A stretch of DNA of 64,000 nt from an uncultured bacterium (GCA_965662235.1 CBFIGY010000007.1:32001-96000), one strand, 5' to 3'. Numbered from the stretch's first letter, positions 29,037 through 39,167 are shown. Numbers and translations: made by a program. Notes: a model not told the origin generated them from the letters alone.

Positions 29037-30929
29037 TTGTCACGCCTTAGCGTTCTCTTGCTGGCGGTCCTGCTCCTAGCAGGATGCTCCACTTCTTCCG
29101 GACTGCCGGAACTTCCTCCCACGGCCCCTGAACAGGATCGTTTCATCCGCGAACAGCAAGCGGCGTTGGAAGCCGATCCGAATGACGCCACCGCTCACTT
29201 CAACCTGGCCCGGATCTACTACCAGCAGCAGCTGTATCCAGAGGCTGAGCAGGCGGTGCGGCAGGCGTCTCGCTTGGATCCGTTGAATCCGGACTATGCG
29301 GAACTACGGGGAAGCCTGGCGTTGGCCCGGCGTCAGTATCCGGAGGCGATCAAGGAATTCTCGAACGCCCAGCGTCTGGATCCGGAACGCATCTCCGTTT
29401 ACCTCAAGCTGGCAACAGCGTATGAGCAGGTCCGGGACTACAGCCTTGGGATCGCGTCGCTGGAAGAGGCGTTGCAGCGGGAGCCTCAGTATGTGGAGGC
29501 GTTGTTTCTGCTGGCGCGGTTGCAGCTCAAGCAGAGTGACTACGAAGGCGCCAAGCGGGCCGTCAATTCCCTGCTGCTGCTTGAGCCTGGAAACTATGAG
29601 GCCAAGCTCCTGCGCATCCGGATTTACATGGCACAGGGCAGTTACTACTATGCTCAGACCCTGGCGCTGGAGCTCCGCAACAGTCACCCGGAGAGTCGTG
29701 AGGTGCCCCGGCTGCTGCTGCACCTGGAGTTCTTGCGGCAACGCTGGCCTGAGGCGCTCAACCTGCTAGATGAAATTGAACAGCGGCGCCCGCTGGAGCT
29801 GGAAGAACGGGTGCTGCAGGCGCTGGTGCTTTTGCAACTGGGACAGGTGGATTCGGTGGAACCGCTGCTGACCGAGATGCTGCAGGCGGCTCCAGCAAAT
29901 GTGGATGTGCTCATGGCCCACGCGGTTCTGAAGCTGCGGCGAGGACAGCTCCGAGACGCCTTGGAGTGGCTCCGGAGGGTGCTGGAGGTGGACTCCTCCA
30001 TGACGCGAGCGCACTTCCTTAAGGCGGCGTTGCTGTTTCGGTTGGGAGACTTCCTTCAGGGAGATCTGGCCCTCAAGCAAGCTCTGAGACTGGAGCCCAA
30101 CAACCTTTCTGCACAGGTCCTGCAGCTGCAGCGGCAGCTGATGCAAGGACAGATCACCGCCGTAGGCACCAAGCTGACTGCGCTCCGGGAGCAGAATCCG
30201 CTGCAGGTGGAGTTGCTGCACCTCCAGGCCCTCTGGCACGAGGCGCAGGGGCAGTTTGCCGAGGCCCAGGCGTTTCTGCAACAAGCCCTGCAGGGCGACG
30301 ATTCGGAACTGCTGCGCTTTGAGCTGGCCCGGGTGTACTACCTTCAGGGCAAGCCGGCGCTGGCGTTGCCGCTCACTGAAACCCTCCGGAGCGAACGGGG
30401 TGACAGCTGGGAGGTCCTGTACCTCCATTCGCTGGTGCTCACCCGGTTGGACCGAAGCCAGGAGGCCGAACAGTTCATCCGCCCCTTCCTGAACCGTCCG
30501 GAGTCATTGGGATACGCCCACCGACTGCTGGGAGACCTGTTCCGGTATCAGGGACAGGAAGACGCGGCGCAGAAGGTGCTGCGTGAGGGGTTGGACCGGT
30601 TTCCGCTGAACCTGTACCTTGTGGAAGGGCTCAGTGACTCCTATGCGAGCACCGGAAAGTGGGAGGAGCTCCGGAGCCTCTTGGAAATTTCCTTTGCCCG
30701 CCAGCGTCCGCAGGGACCGCTGCGCCTCCTCCTCCTCGACCGTCTGACCCGAGCCTACTGGGCGCTGGATGAAGTAGCACTCGCCCAAGAGGCCCTGAGG
30801 CGCTATCATGCTGAATCAGACCCATTGACGGCGACTCCGAGCTTCTTGCTGGAGGATCCGGCTCTTTTTCCGGTGATGCTGCCCGCTTTTGATCGAGAGT
30901 GGGACACCACCCTAGCTTCGATGCGTTAA
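29037..30929 (+). CDS. Tetratricopeptide-repeat lipoprotein
   Basis: LLAGC lipobox followed by many TPR units (AHFNLARIYYQQQLYPEAEQAVRQASRLDP etc.). Start uncertain. Confidence 0.85.
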   Translation: MSRLSVLLLAVLLLAGCSTSSGLPELPPTAPEQDRFIREQQAALEADPNDATAHFNLARIYYQQQLYPEAEQAVRQASRLDPLNPDYAELRGSLALARRQYPEAIKEFSNAQRLDPERISVYLKLATAYEQVRDYSLGIASLEEALQREPQYVEALFLLARLQLKQSDYEGAKRAVNSLLLLEPGNYEAKLLRIRIYMAQGSYYYAQTLALELRNSHPESREVPRLLLHLEFLRQRWPEALNLLDEIEQRRPLELEERVLQALVLLQLGQVDSVEPLLTEMLQAAPANVDVLMAHAVLKLRRGQLRDALEWLRRVLEVDSSMTRAHFLKAALLFRLGDFLQGDLALKQALRLEPNNLSAQVLQLQRQLMQGQITAVGTKLTALREQNPLQVELLHLQALWHEAQGQFAEAQAFLQQALQGDDSELLRFELARVYYLQGKPALALPLTETLRSERGDSWEVLYLHSLVLTRLDRSQEAEQFIRPFLNRPESLGYAHRLLGDLFRYQGQEDAAQKVLREGLDRFPLNLYLVEGLSDSYASTGKWEELRSLLEISFARQRPQGPLRLLLLDRLTRAYWALDEVALAQEALRRYHAESDPLTATPSFLLEDPALFPVMLPAFDREWDTTLASMR

Positions 30930-30992
30930 AGAAGGGTGATTGCTTGATCCCGCGCATCGTCAACCCTTCGACTACCTCCTGACAACCGTTCC

Positions 30993-33900
30993 ATGAGCAC
31001 CACCAGCAAACGCAAGGGCAAGCAGCTCAACTCTGCGTTCCGTATTGCCGAAGCCATGTCCCACGACCTCGCCATGAAGGGGCCGACCCACGACGTCTTG
31101 GACGATGCAGGGGTGCAGGGCTTGATTGAGCCCACGGAAGTGCGAAAGCGCATCAAGGAACTGCGCCACCTGGATGTGGATTCCTACATTCAACGAGTGG
31201 TGATGCCTTCGGAGAACCAGAAGCGTCCGAGCACCCCGGAAGTGATCAAGCAGCTGGGAGGAACCCTGATCGCGGAGGAGTCAGAGGGACCGTATTACGC
31301 AGCTGAGCTGGAGTTTGAGCTCTCTGGGCAGCTGCGGCGGGTGGGCTTCATTGCGCAGAACCACAAGGCACAAAACGGCGTCTGGCAGCCCATGCACCAC
31401 CGGAAGGCTGCAGAGAAGGTCCGCTTCTATGCGTCGCACGGCATGCCGCTGGTGACGTTCATTGACACCCCGGGAGCGGCGGCTGATGCTGATGCGAACC
31501 TGCAGAATCAGGCCCACAGCATCTCCTTCTTCATCTCCGAAATGGCCAACGTGCAGGTTCCGGTGGTCGGGGTAGTGTATGGCTGTGGTTACAGCGGAGG
31601 CGCCATTCCCCTGGCGACAGCGAACGTGCTGCTGTCCACCCGTGAGGGGGTGTTCAACACCATTCACCCCAAGGGGCTGGCGAACATTGCCCGCAAGTAC
31701 AACCTGTCGTGGCAGGAGTCGGCCAAGTACATTGGCGTGTCGTCCTATGAGCTGATGGAGCAGGGGTACTTTGACGGCATTGTCGACTATGCCTTTGATA
31801 CGCCGCACAAGATTGCCAACCTCAAGAGCGCCATCCTCAGCGCCATTGAGGTCACTGAAGACAACGCCCGGAGCTTCCTGCGGGTCAACGACTTCTTCTT
31901 TGATCACTACCGGGAGAGCATCAACCACTACCTCAACCCGTCTGAGCTGCTCATTGAAGCCAACCGCCGGACGGACCGCTCTCCAACCGGAACGCTGAAC
32001 GTCTTTGGGGACGTCTACCGCTTCCTCCGAACCCTGAAGATGCGCCGACGCATCAGCAGTCGTTCGGTGCACCAGTACTCCCGTCTCAGCAACCGCCAGG
32101 CCCCAACCGGGCGACTGCAGGAGCGTCTGAACGAGGAGCGTCAGGAGAAGTTCAACCGCTGGCTGGAAGCGCCTCTGGAGATCCGGTATCACGAGGCGCT
32201 CAACAAGCGGTTTCAGAACTACCAGAGCGCCCGGGAGGACCGGGACAAGGAACGTGGACGCTTTGCGACGTTCTTCATGGGAGACCCGCGGGAGAACTTT
32301 CAGAAGGCGCTGGAGGAGCTGACGAGCGAGATCCTGCTTTACCTCTACAACTTCTGGAAGGACAGCAGCATCGACAATCTGGTGGCGCTCCGGGACCATC
32401 TGGAAAGCAGCGCCTGGCGAGATGTGTCGGCTGACAACATCAACCTCCTGCAGCTGATGCTGGAGCCTGAGGTTTGCCAGCATCTGCTCAACAGCCTGCC
32501 CAACATCATCCTCTTTGACCTCCTTTACGACCAGATCATTGAGGGGCTGCCCAGCATTGCTCATGAGCTCAAGGGCGCGAACCTGATTTCTCAAGAATCC
32601 GTGGAACGTCTTTTTGAGAAGGCGTTTGAAGGGGCCATGAAGGAGTTTGAGCGCCGGAACCTTCAGGTTGACAATGCGAAGGCCCGAGAAGGCTTCTTCC
32701 AGTGGCTGGCCCGCTTCATTGCGCAGAAGAACGTGGATGACGTCATGGCGACCATCAGCGCTTGGAAGCGCATCGTCTTCCCGCGCATGAGTCCGCCGCT
32801 CTTTGGCGTGGTCCGCTACTACTTTTCTGGGCTGCTGCCATCGCTTTACGCCGCGCAGCGTGGCACCGGAAAGTTCAACGGCAAGATCACTCCCCGGAAC
32901 ATTGGCATCAAGGACTTCTGGAACCGCCTGGATCAGGCCTACAAGGACCTGTTGATCCAGAACCTGCTCCGCGAGTACAAGCGTCAGACGATCACGGCTC
33001 AGGAGGTGGTGGACCGCTTCTTCACCAACTTTGAGGAGCTTTATGACGACCTGATTACGGCGAATCCGGTGCAGTTCCCTGGGTTCCGGGATGCCATTGA
33101 GAAGGCGCTGGAGCGGAACATCACCCCCTGTGGTCTGGTCACAGGGCTGGCACAGTTCCAGTCCAAGCTTCCCGATGGCTCAGAGCAGAAATTCCGGGTG
33201 GGCCTGGCGGTGAGCAACTCCGACTTTCAGGCGGGGGCCTTTGACATGGCGAGCTGCGAGAAGATGTGCCGTCTGTTGGACGACTGTGCCCGGCTGAAGC
33301 TACCGCTGATTCTGTTTGTGTCCTCAGCAGGAATGCAGACCAAGGAAGGCGCCGGGTCGCTTTTCTCCATGGCAATTGTCAATGACCGGATCACCCGCTT
33401 CGTCAAAGATTTTGACCTGCCGGTGATCTGCTTTGGCTTCCGGGACTGCACCGGAGGCGCACAGGCCAGCTTTGTGACTCACCTGCTGGCCCGGACCTAC
33501 TACCTCTCCGGCGCACAGATCCCCTTTGCTGGACAGCTGGTGGTTGAAAGTCACCTCCCGGCTCAGGCGACCCTGTCCAACTACCTTTCCAAGAACAACG
33601 CGACCATGGACGGCTTGGTCACGAATCCGTTTGACGTGGACATTGATGAGAAGCTGCAGGCGATTGATCCGGAGCTGCCGACCCCGCAGTACACCGTTGA
33701 GGAAATCCTCTCTCGTGTGCTGTCAGGTGAGTACCAGCTGCGCATCAACGGCGAGGAGCTTCCGGAGGAAGGCCTGTCTCGAGAAAGCCTCAACGAAGGT
33801 CCGATTCAGCGGGTGCTGATTCATGCACGTGGGTGCACCTCGGTCCGACTGATCAAGGCCGCGCAAGACAGCAACCGCGAGGTGATTCTGGTCGCTTCGG

Positions 33901-35546
33901 ATCCGGACATGGAGAGCTACGCCGCTCAGCTGCTCCGGGAGAACGACCGGCTGGTCTGCATTGGTGGAAACACGCCTCAGGAAAGTTACCTCAACGCCAT
34001 GAGCGTCATCCGGGTGGCTGAACAGGAAGAGGCCGATGCGATTCACCCGGGGATTGGCTTCCTCTCCGAGTCTCCGTGGTACGCCCGGATTTGCCGGGAG
34101 CACGGGTTCAATTTCATTGGTCCACGGGCATCGAACATGGACCTGATGGGGAACAAGTCCAATGCGATCTCGACCGCGAAGAGCCTCAACATCCCTGTGG
34201 TTCCAGGAAGCGAAGGGGCGTTGACGGATCCGGTGATGGCCCTTGCTGTGGCCGAGGAAATTGGCTTTCCGGTGCTGATCAAGGCAACCCACGGTGGCGG
34301 CGGAAAGGGCATCAGCGTGGTGGAAGAATCCAAGCAGTTTGTCTCCACCTTCACCCGTATGTCGCAGGAAGCCCTGAGCGCATTTGGAAGCGGGGACCTC
34401 TACCTGGAAAAGTTCATTGGGTCCATGCGGCACCTGGAGGTGCAGGTCATGCGTGACCAGCACGGACACGCCCACCTGTTGGGCGTCCGGGACTGTTCGG
34501 TGCAGCGGAATTATCAGAAGCTGGTGGAGGAGTCCGCTTTTGAGCTGCCGAAGAAGATCAAGGATCAGCTGCTCCTGCACTCCCGTCGTCTGATCGACGA
34601 GATGGACTACATTGGCGCCGGGACCGTTGAGTTCATTTATGACCTCGACAACCAGACCATCTACTTCATGGAGATGAACACGCGCCTGCAGGTGGAGCAT
34701 CCGGTAACCGAAATGACAAGCGGGGTGGACCTGGTGCAGCAGCAGTTTGCCGTTGCCGAGGGGGCCAACCTGAAGGACCTCAAGTTCAAGGACAGTGGCC
34801 ACGCCATTGAGCTGCGGATCAATGCGGAGCGCATTGAGTTGAACGATCGCGGGGCCCTGCGCTTTGTTCCATCTCCCGGAGTGCTTTCGGAGCTGGTGCT
34901 TCCAGAAGAAGACCACATCCGGGTGCTGACGGCCGTGCAGGCTGGTTCGACCGTCACACCGTATTATGATAGCCTGGTGGTCCAGATCATCGGCTGGGGG
35001 CCCACGCGTCAGGAGGCGATTGAGCGGCTCATCGGGTACCTCAACCGCGTCAAGATTCATGGTGTGCCCACCAACCTGACCCTGAGTCGGATGATTCTGG
35101 AGGATCCGGTGTTCCAGAAGGGGACGTTTGACACCAAGTTCCTCAACGGCTTTTTGGACCGCATCGACCGAGAGGCCCTCATCCGGGAGACCAAGCAGGC
35201 ATCAGGTGATGCCGGCATTTCTCTGGATCTGGAAGCCCTCAAACTGGAAGGGGGCGAGCTGAAGGTGCTGTCTCCGCAGATGGGAGGCTTCTACCGGGCG
35301 AGCTCGCCTGATGTGCCTCCGCTGGTGGAGGAAGGGCAGGTCATTGATGTGACTCAGCCTCTGTGCCTGATGGAGTCGATGAAGGTCTTCACGGAACTGA
35401 GCCTGGCGTCGTATCAGCATCCGGATGGCTCCCCGGTCTACCCGAACCAGCGCTACCGCGTCAACCGGGTGCTCGCAAGTGACCGGGAGACGGTCAACCA
35501 AGGCGACCTCCTGCTCGTCCTGCAGCCCCTTGGAATCAGTGATTAG
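30993..35546 (+). CDS. Single-chain biotin-dependent acyl-CoA carboxylase: CT-alpha, linker, CT-beta, biotin carboxylase, BCCP
   Basis: AccA-like TFIDTPGA and GCGYSGGA; AccD-like FQAGAF, SSAGMQTKEG, CTGGAQASF; BC HPGIGFLSE, GGGGKG, RDCSVQR, EMNTRLQVEH; BCCP SPQMGGFYR...ESMKV. Confidence 0.9.
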   Translation: MSTTSKRKGKQLNSAFRIAEAMSHDLAMKGPTHDVLDDAGVQGLIEPTEVRKRIKELRHLDVDSYIQRVVMPSENQKRPSTPEVIKQLGGTLIAEESEGPYYAAELEFELSGQLRRVGFIAQNHKAQNGVWQPMHHRKAAEKVRFYASHGMPLVTFIDTPGAAADADANLQNQAHSISFFISEMANVQVPVVGVVYGCGYSGGAIPLATANVLLSTREGVFNTIHPKGLANIARKYNLSWQESAKYIGVSSYELMEQGYFDGIVDYAFDTPHKIANLKSAILSAIEVTEDNARSFLRVNDFFFDHYRESINHYLNPSELLIEANRRTDRSPTGTLNVFGDVYRFLRTLKMRRRISSRSVHQYSRLSNRQAPTGRLQERLNEERQEKFNRWLEAPLEIRYHEALNKRFQNYQSAREDRDKERGRFATFFMGDPRENFQKALEELTSEILLYLYNFWKDSSIDNLVALRDHLESSAWRDVSADNINLLQLMLEPEVCQHLLNSLPNIILFDLLYDQIIEGLPSIAHELKGANLISQESVERLFEKAFEGAMKEFERRNLQVDNAKAREGFFQWLARFIAQKNVDDVMATISAWKRIVFPRMSPPLFGVVRYYFSGLLPSLYAAQRGTGKFNGKITPRNIGIKDFWNRLDQAYKDLLIQNLLREYKRQTITAQEVVDRFFTNFEELYDDLITANPVQFPGFRDAIEKALERNITPCGLVTGLAQFQSKLPDGSEQKFRVGLAVSNSDFQAGAFDMASCEKMCRLLDDCARLKLPLILFVSSAGMQTKEGAGSLFSMAIVNDRITRFVKDFDLPVICFGFRDCTGGAQASFVTHLLARTYYLSGAQIPFAGQLVVESHLPAQATLSNYLSKNNATMDGLVTNPFDVDIDEKLQAIDPELPTPQYTVEEILSRVLSGEYQLRINGEELPEEGLSRESLNEGPIQRVLIHARGCTSVRLIKAAQDSNREVILVASDPDMESYAAQLLRENDRLVCIGGNTPQESYLNAMSVIRVAEQEEADAIHPGIGFLSESPWYARICREHGFNFIGPRASNMDLMGNKSNAISTAKSLNIPVVPGSEGALTDPVMALAVAEEIGFPVLIKATHGGGGKGISVVEESKQFVSTFTRMSQEALSAFGSGDLYLEKFIGSMRHLEVQVMRDQHGHAHLLGVRDCSVQRNYQKLVEESAFELPKKIKDQLLLHSRRLIDEMDYIGAGTVEFIYDLDNQTIYFMEMNTRLQVEHPVTEMTSGVDLVQQQFAVAEGANLKDLKFKDSGHAIELRINAERIELNDRGALRFVPSPGVLSELVLPEEDHIRVLTAVQAGSTVTPYYDSLVVQIIGWGPTRQEAIERLIGYLNRVKIHGVPTNLTLSRMILEDPVFQKGTFDTKFLNGFLDRIDREALIRETKQASGDAGISLDLEALKLEGGELKVLSPQMGGFYRASSPDVPPLVEEGQVIDVTQPLCLMESMKVFTELSLASYQHPDGSPVYPNQRYRVNRVLASDRETVNQGDLLLVLQPLGISD

Positions 35547-35587
35547 AACCTGGAGCCTCGGCTCCGTAACCGTGTGATGGAAAACGA

Positions 35588-35971
35588 TTGGAAGCAACAC
35601 CCTCTTCAGACCCCGTGACTCCTGCGCCAGTGGCAGCAGACGACCCCATCCTGAACGCCCTTCAGGAGGCAAAGGCGCGGCAGATTGTCCGCTTTGACGT
35701 CCGAGATCGGTCCTCCCTGAGCGACTATGTCATTCTCTGTGAAGGGCGATCACAGGCGCACTGCCGTGGAATTGCTGAGCGCGTTGAGGTGGACCTGAAG
35801 CGCACCGGCCTCTACCCTCTGGGCAAAGAAGGCGAGAAGGATGGCAACTGGATCCTGATTGACTACGCTGAGACCGTGGTGCACATCTTTCATCCGGAAA
35901 TCCGCAAGTACTACCACCTTGAGGGCCTGCACGAAGGCTGCCCCACGGAATCCTGGAACGACGAGGACTGA
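35588..35971 (+). CDS. rsfS: Ribosome silencing factor
   Basis: DYVILCEGRS, WILIDY, VHIF..EIRKYYHLEGL (Iojap/RsfS). Confidence 0.9.
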   Translation: MEATPSSDPVTPAPVAADDPILNALQEAKARQIVRFDVRDRSSLSDYVILCEGRSQAHCRGIAERVEVDLKRTGLYPLGKEGEKDGNWILIDYAETVVHIFHPEIRKYYHLEGLHEGCPTESWNDED

Positions 35972-36948
35972 TGGCCCCGGCAACGGTGCTGGCAGAGGCT
36001 CCGGATCAAGCCATGTGGAAAGAAGCCCTAGAGCAACTGGGGCTGACGTCTCGGTTGCGCTGGGAGGCGCCGTTGCAGCGGCTCAACACGTGGCGCATTG
36101 GTGGGCCTGCCACGTGTCTGGTGGATGTGGCCACTACAGATGACCTGAGCCGGCTCCTGCCCTTCATTGCCGAACACCGCATTCCCTGGACCCTGCTGGG
36201 CAAGGGCTCCAACCTGCTGATCCCGGAAGACGGCTGGCCTGGAATCGTGGTGCACCTGGCCGGTGACTTCAAGAGTTTGACGCTTGAGCCTGAGACGCGC
36301 ACGGTGTTTGCAGGAGCAGCACTAGCTGATGTGACCTTTGCCCAGCGGTGTCAGGAGCCGGGTTGGGGAGGCATGGAGTTTCTGGTGGGCATTCCGGGAA
36401 CCATCGGGGGCGCTGTGGCAATGAACGCAGGGGCTCATGGTGGCGAAGTGGCCGACTTCCTTCAGGAAGCCCACTGGTTTGACCTGTCCGGACGCATTCA
36501 TCGCACCTCCAGCGCCTCAGCCGGCTTCCGCTACCGCCACTCGCACCTGAACGGACGAGAGGGGATTGTGGTCACCGGAGCCTCGTTTCAGCTGCAGGAG
36601 TCAGACGCAGAAAGCGTTCGGCGACAACTGGAACACTGCCTGCAGTTCCGGGAGGAGCGCCAGCCGCGTCAGCCCAGCTGCGGCTCCGTCTTCAAGAACC
36701 CTCCGGGTGATTATGCCGCCCGCCTCATTGAAGCCAGTGGCCTCAAGGGCGTCTGCGAGGGGGAAGCTCAGGTCAGCGAAAAGCACGCAAACTTTATCAT
36801 CAATCGGGGAGCCGCCCACGCGACCGCCGTCGAAGCCCTGATCGCGCAGGTGCAGGAGCAGGTGCAGGCGCAGCAGGGAGTGTGGCTGGAAACCGAGGTC
36901 CAGTGGCTGCAGCCCTTGCCGTTTGAGACGACGCCTCCAGCGGCCTGA
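35971..36948 (+). CDS. murB: UDP-N-acetylenolpyruvoylglucosamine reductase
   Basis: TWRIGGPA, GKGSNLL, GIPGTIGGAVAMNAGA, SCGSVFKNP, HANFIIN, LETEV. Confidence 0.95.
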   Translation: MAPATVLAEAPDQAMWKEALEQLGLTSRLRWEAPLQRLNTWRIGGPATCLVDVATTDDLSRLLPFIAEHRIPWTLLGKGSNLLIPEDGWPGIVVHLAGDFKSLTLEPETRTVFAGAALADVTFAQRCQEPGWGGMEFLVGIPGTIGGAVAMNAGAHGGEVADFLQEAHWFDLSGRIHRTSSASAGFRYRHSHLNGREGIVVTGASFQLQESDAESVRRQLEHCLQFREERQPRQPSCGSVFKNPPGDYAARLIEASGLKGVCEGEAQVSEKHANFIINRGAAHATAVEALIAQVQEQVQAQQGVWLETEVQWLQPLPFETTPPAA

Positions 36949-37008
36949 AGATTCCTGGGCTCCGCCCGTCCTCGGGGACCCTGATCCTTTGCCTGGCCCC
37001 TAACATTC

Positions 37009-37950
37009 ATGCAAGACCTCAAGCACCACAGCCACCGACGGCAGGCCAAGCTGCCCAAGCGCAAGCGGTCGCAGCCCCGGCTCAAGCGCATGGGACGCCA
37101 GCTGATGGCCAGTCCACCCAAGCTGCTGCAGCCCGGAACCATGAAGGACGCGTTCCGGTGGCCCCTGCTGTGGAACCTCTTTGCCACCGACAATCCTTAC
37201 GAGCTCCAGAGCGAGCTGCGACTCCTGCTCCTGCGGGGAGCCAATGTGCTGCTGATTGGGGTGTGCTTCTGGATTGGCCTGAGCCTGCTGCCGGCGGCAC
37301 AGGGGTTCTTTGAACAGTCTCCTCAGACGCTCTACATCTCCGGAAACCAACTGCTGACCAAGGAACAGGTCCTCACCCGTACTGGGTTGACTCCGGACTC
37401 TGCGCTGAGTGACCTGGACCCCATCCTCCTAGGGCAGCGGCTGCAGCAGCTTCCTGAGGTCAAAACCGTGGAGGTCCGGAGAGAGTTTCCCAACCGCCTG
37501 CACCTGCACCTGCAGGAGCATGAACCCGTGGCCATCCTCCGGACCGAGTCTCGGAGCTTCCTAGTGGATCGACAGCACCGCTTGCTGCAGGTGCGTCCGG
37601 CCAATACCTTGGGCTGGCCCATTCTCATCGGCATCCCTGATACCGGGTGGCAGGCCGGAACCCGCTTGAATTCGTTGATGCTGGAAAATGGGCTGCGCTT
37701 TCTGGAAGCCCTGGAAGCGTTCCCGGAACTCAAGGAGCGGGTGGTGGCGACAGACCTTTCGGACCCGACCAATGTGCAACTGTGGATTCGGAAGGACAAC
37801 GGACAGATGACAACGGCTCGGTTTGGCACCGACGCTTTTCCAGAGCGGCTCAAGCGTTTTGCCGACGTGTACCACCAGGTGCTGGAGCAGCACCCAACGG
37901 CACAGTGGCTGGACCTCCGCTTTTCAGATCGGATTCTGGCAGGAAACTGA
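37009..37950 (+). CDS. ftsQ: Cell division protein FtsQ/DivIB
   Basis: Basic N-terminus, one TM, POTRA (ISGNQLL...VEVRREFPNRLHLHLQEHEP), C-terminal WLDLRF. Confidence 0.8.
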   Translation: MQDLKHHSHRRQAKLPKRKRSQPRLKRMGRQLMASPPKLLQPGTMKDAFRWPLLWNLFATDNPYELQSELRLLLLRGANVLLIGVCFWIGLSLLPAAQGFFEQSPQTLYISGNQLLTKEQVLTRTGLTPDSALSDLDPILLGQRLQQLPEVKTVEVRREFPNRLHLHLQEHEPVAILRTESRSFLVDRQHRLLQVRPANTLGWPILIGIPDTGWQAGTRLNSLMLENGLRFLEALEAFPELKERVVATDLSDPTNVQLWIRKDNGQMTTARFGTDAFPERLKRFADVYHQVLEQHPTAQWLDLRFSDRILAGN

Positions 37951-37952
37951 GT

Positions 37953-38432
37953 TCAGGGCGCGTGGAAGTCTCCGGACTTGCCTCCTGTTTTGGAGCGAAG
38001 CCGGACGGATTCAATCACCATTCCCTTGGTGATGGACTTGCACATGTCATAAAGCGTCAGGGCCGCCGCACTGGCCGCCGTTAACGCTTCCATCTCCACA
38101 CCCGTCGGTCCCGTGGTCCGGGCTTCTGCGGTGATCACCGCAACCTCCCCCTCCAAGACAATGGTCACCTCCACCCCAGACAGGGCAATCGGGTGGCACA
38201 TCGGAATCCAGTCAGCAGTCCGCTTGGCGCCTTGAATGCCTGCGATGATGGCGGTTTGGAAGACGGGGCCCTTCTTGGTGCTTCCGGTGTCGCGAAGCTG
38301 CTCGGCAAGGACTGAGCCCAGCTGGACACGAGCTTCGGCAACGGCTGTCCGGGCGGTATCGGCTTTCTCAGAAATGTCCACCATGCGGGGCGTGTCTTGG
38401 TCGCCGAGGTGGGTGAAGGTCGGGGTGGTCAT
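37953..38432 (-). CDS. moaC: Cyclic pyranopterin monophosphate synthase
   Basis: FTHL, MVDISEK, KKG, IPMCHP, TGVEMEAL, YDMCKS, KTGGKSG. Confidence 0.95.
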   Translation of the reverse strand: MTTPTFTHLGDQDTPRMVDISEKADTARTAVAEARVQLGSVLAEQLRDTGSTKKGPVFQTAIIAGIQGAKRTADWIPMCHPIALSGVEVTIVLEGEVAVITAEARTTGPTGVEMEALTAASAAALTLYDMCKSITKGMVIESVRLRSKTGGKSGDFHAP

Positions 38433-39142
38433 CGAATGGGTCGGTTGAGGTAGGAGTCTAGGGGCAGCCACTCTTGGTCGATCAGGACCTCGGCAGGCCG
38501 GTAGTCGGCCTTGTAGCGCATTTTTTCCGAGTCTTCCACCCAGTACCCCATGTAAAGCCACGATAGGCCGAGCTGCTGGCAGTAGTTGAGTTCGGCGAGC
38601 ACGGAAAACACCCCCAGACGCCGATTGGCATGGTCTGGATTGAAGGCAAAGTAGACGGAGCTGAGCGCGTTCTCTGCTCGGTCCACCCAGCCCAGTCCAA
38701 GCAACTCCCCATGAAGGCGGTAGCACATGATCTCCGTCTCCATGGGACTCCGGATGAGGAACTCGTAGTAGTCCTCTGGTTCCACCTGAGAGTGGTGCCA
38801 GGATTCCTGATAACGCTGGTAGAGTTGGAAGTGTTCCTGTTCAAAGCGCAATGGCTGTACCTGCACCTGAAGGTCCAGGTTCTTCCGCAGGGTCCGGCGT
38901 TGGCTCTTGGAGGGGGTAAACTGGTTCGCGTTGATGCGGAGGGGAATGCAGCGCTGGCATCCGGGACACGCTGGGTGGTAGATGGAGCACCCGCTCCGGC
39001 GGAACCCCTGGTCCATCAGGTTCTGGTAGGCGCGCGCAGAGATGCTTTCGGTGTGGAACGAGAGGTTCCGCCAGATGCCCGTGTCACGATACGGACAGGG
39101 GCCGTTGTTGGTTTGGTAAAGCTGAATGCGACTGCGGCCCAT
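38429..39142 (-). CDS. bpt: Aspartate/glutamate leucyltransferase (bacterial ATE1 homologue)
   Basis: PCPY, GFRRSG, CxxC, SKSQRR, LSSVY, YMGYWV, KMRYK. Confidence 0.9.
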   Translation of the reverse strand: MGRSRIQLYQTNNGPCPYRDTGIWRNLSFHTESISARAYQNLMDQGFRRSGCSIYHPACPGCQRCIPLRINANQFTPSKSQRRTLRKNLDLQVQVQPLRFEQEHFQLYQRYQESWHHSQVEPEDYYEFLIRSPMETEIMCYRLHGELLGLGWVDRAENALSSVYFAFNPDHANRRLGVFSVLAELNYCQQLGLSWLYMGYWVEDSEKMRYKADYRPAEVLIDQEWLPLDSYLNRPIR

Positions 39143-39167
39143 GGTGCTGTGTCTTAATTCGTACGCA

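Noticed and set aside
30993..35546. Pyruvate or urea carboxylase assignment for the 1517-aa protein
   Set aside because: No TIM-barrel pyruvate CT or allophanate-hydrolase-type domains seen; both CT halves carry AccA/AccD-type motifs.
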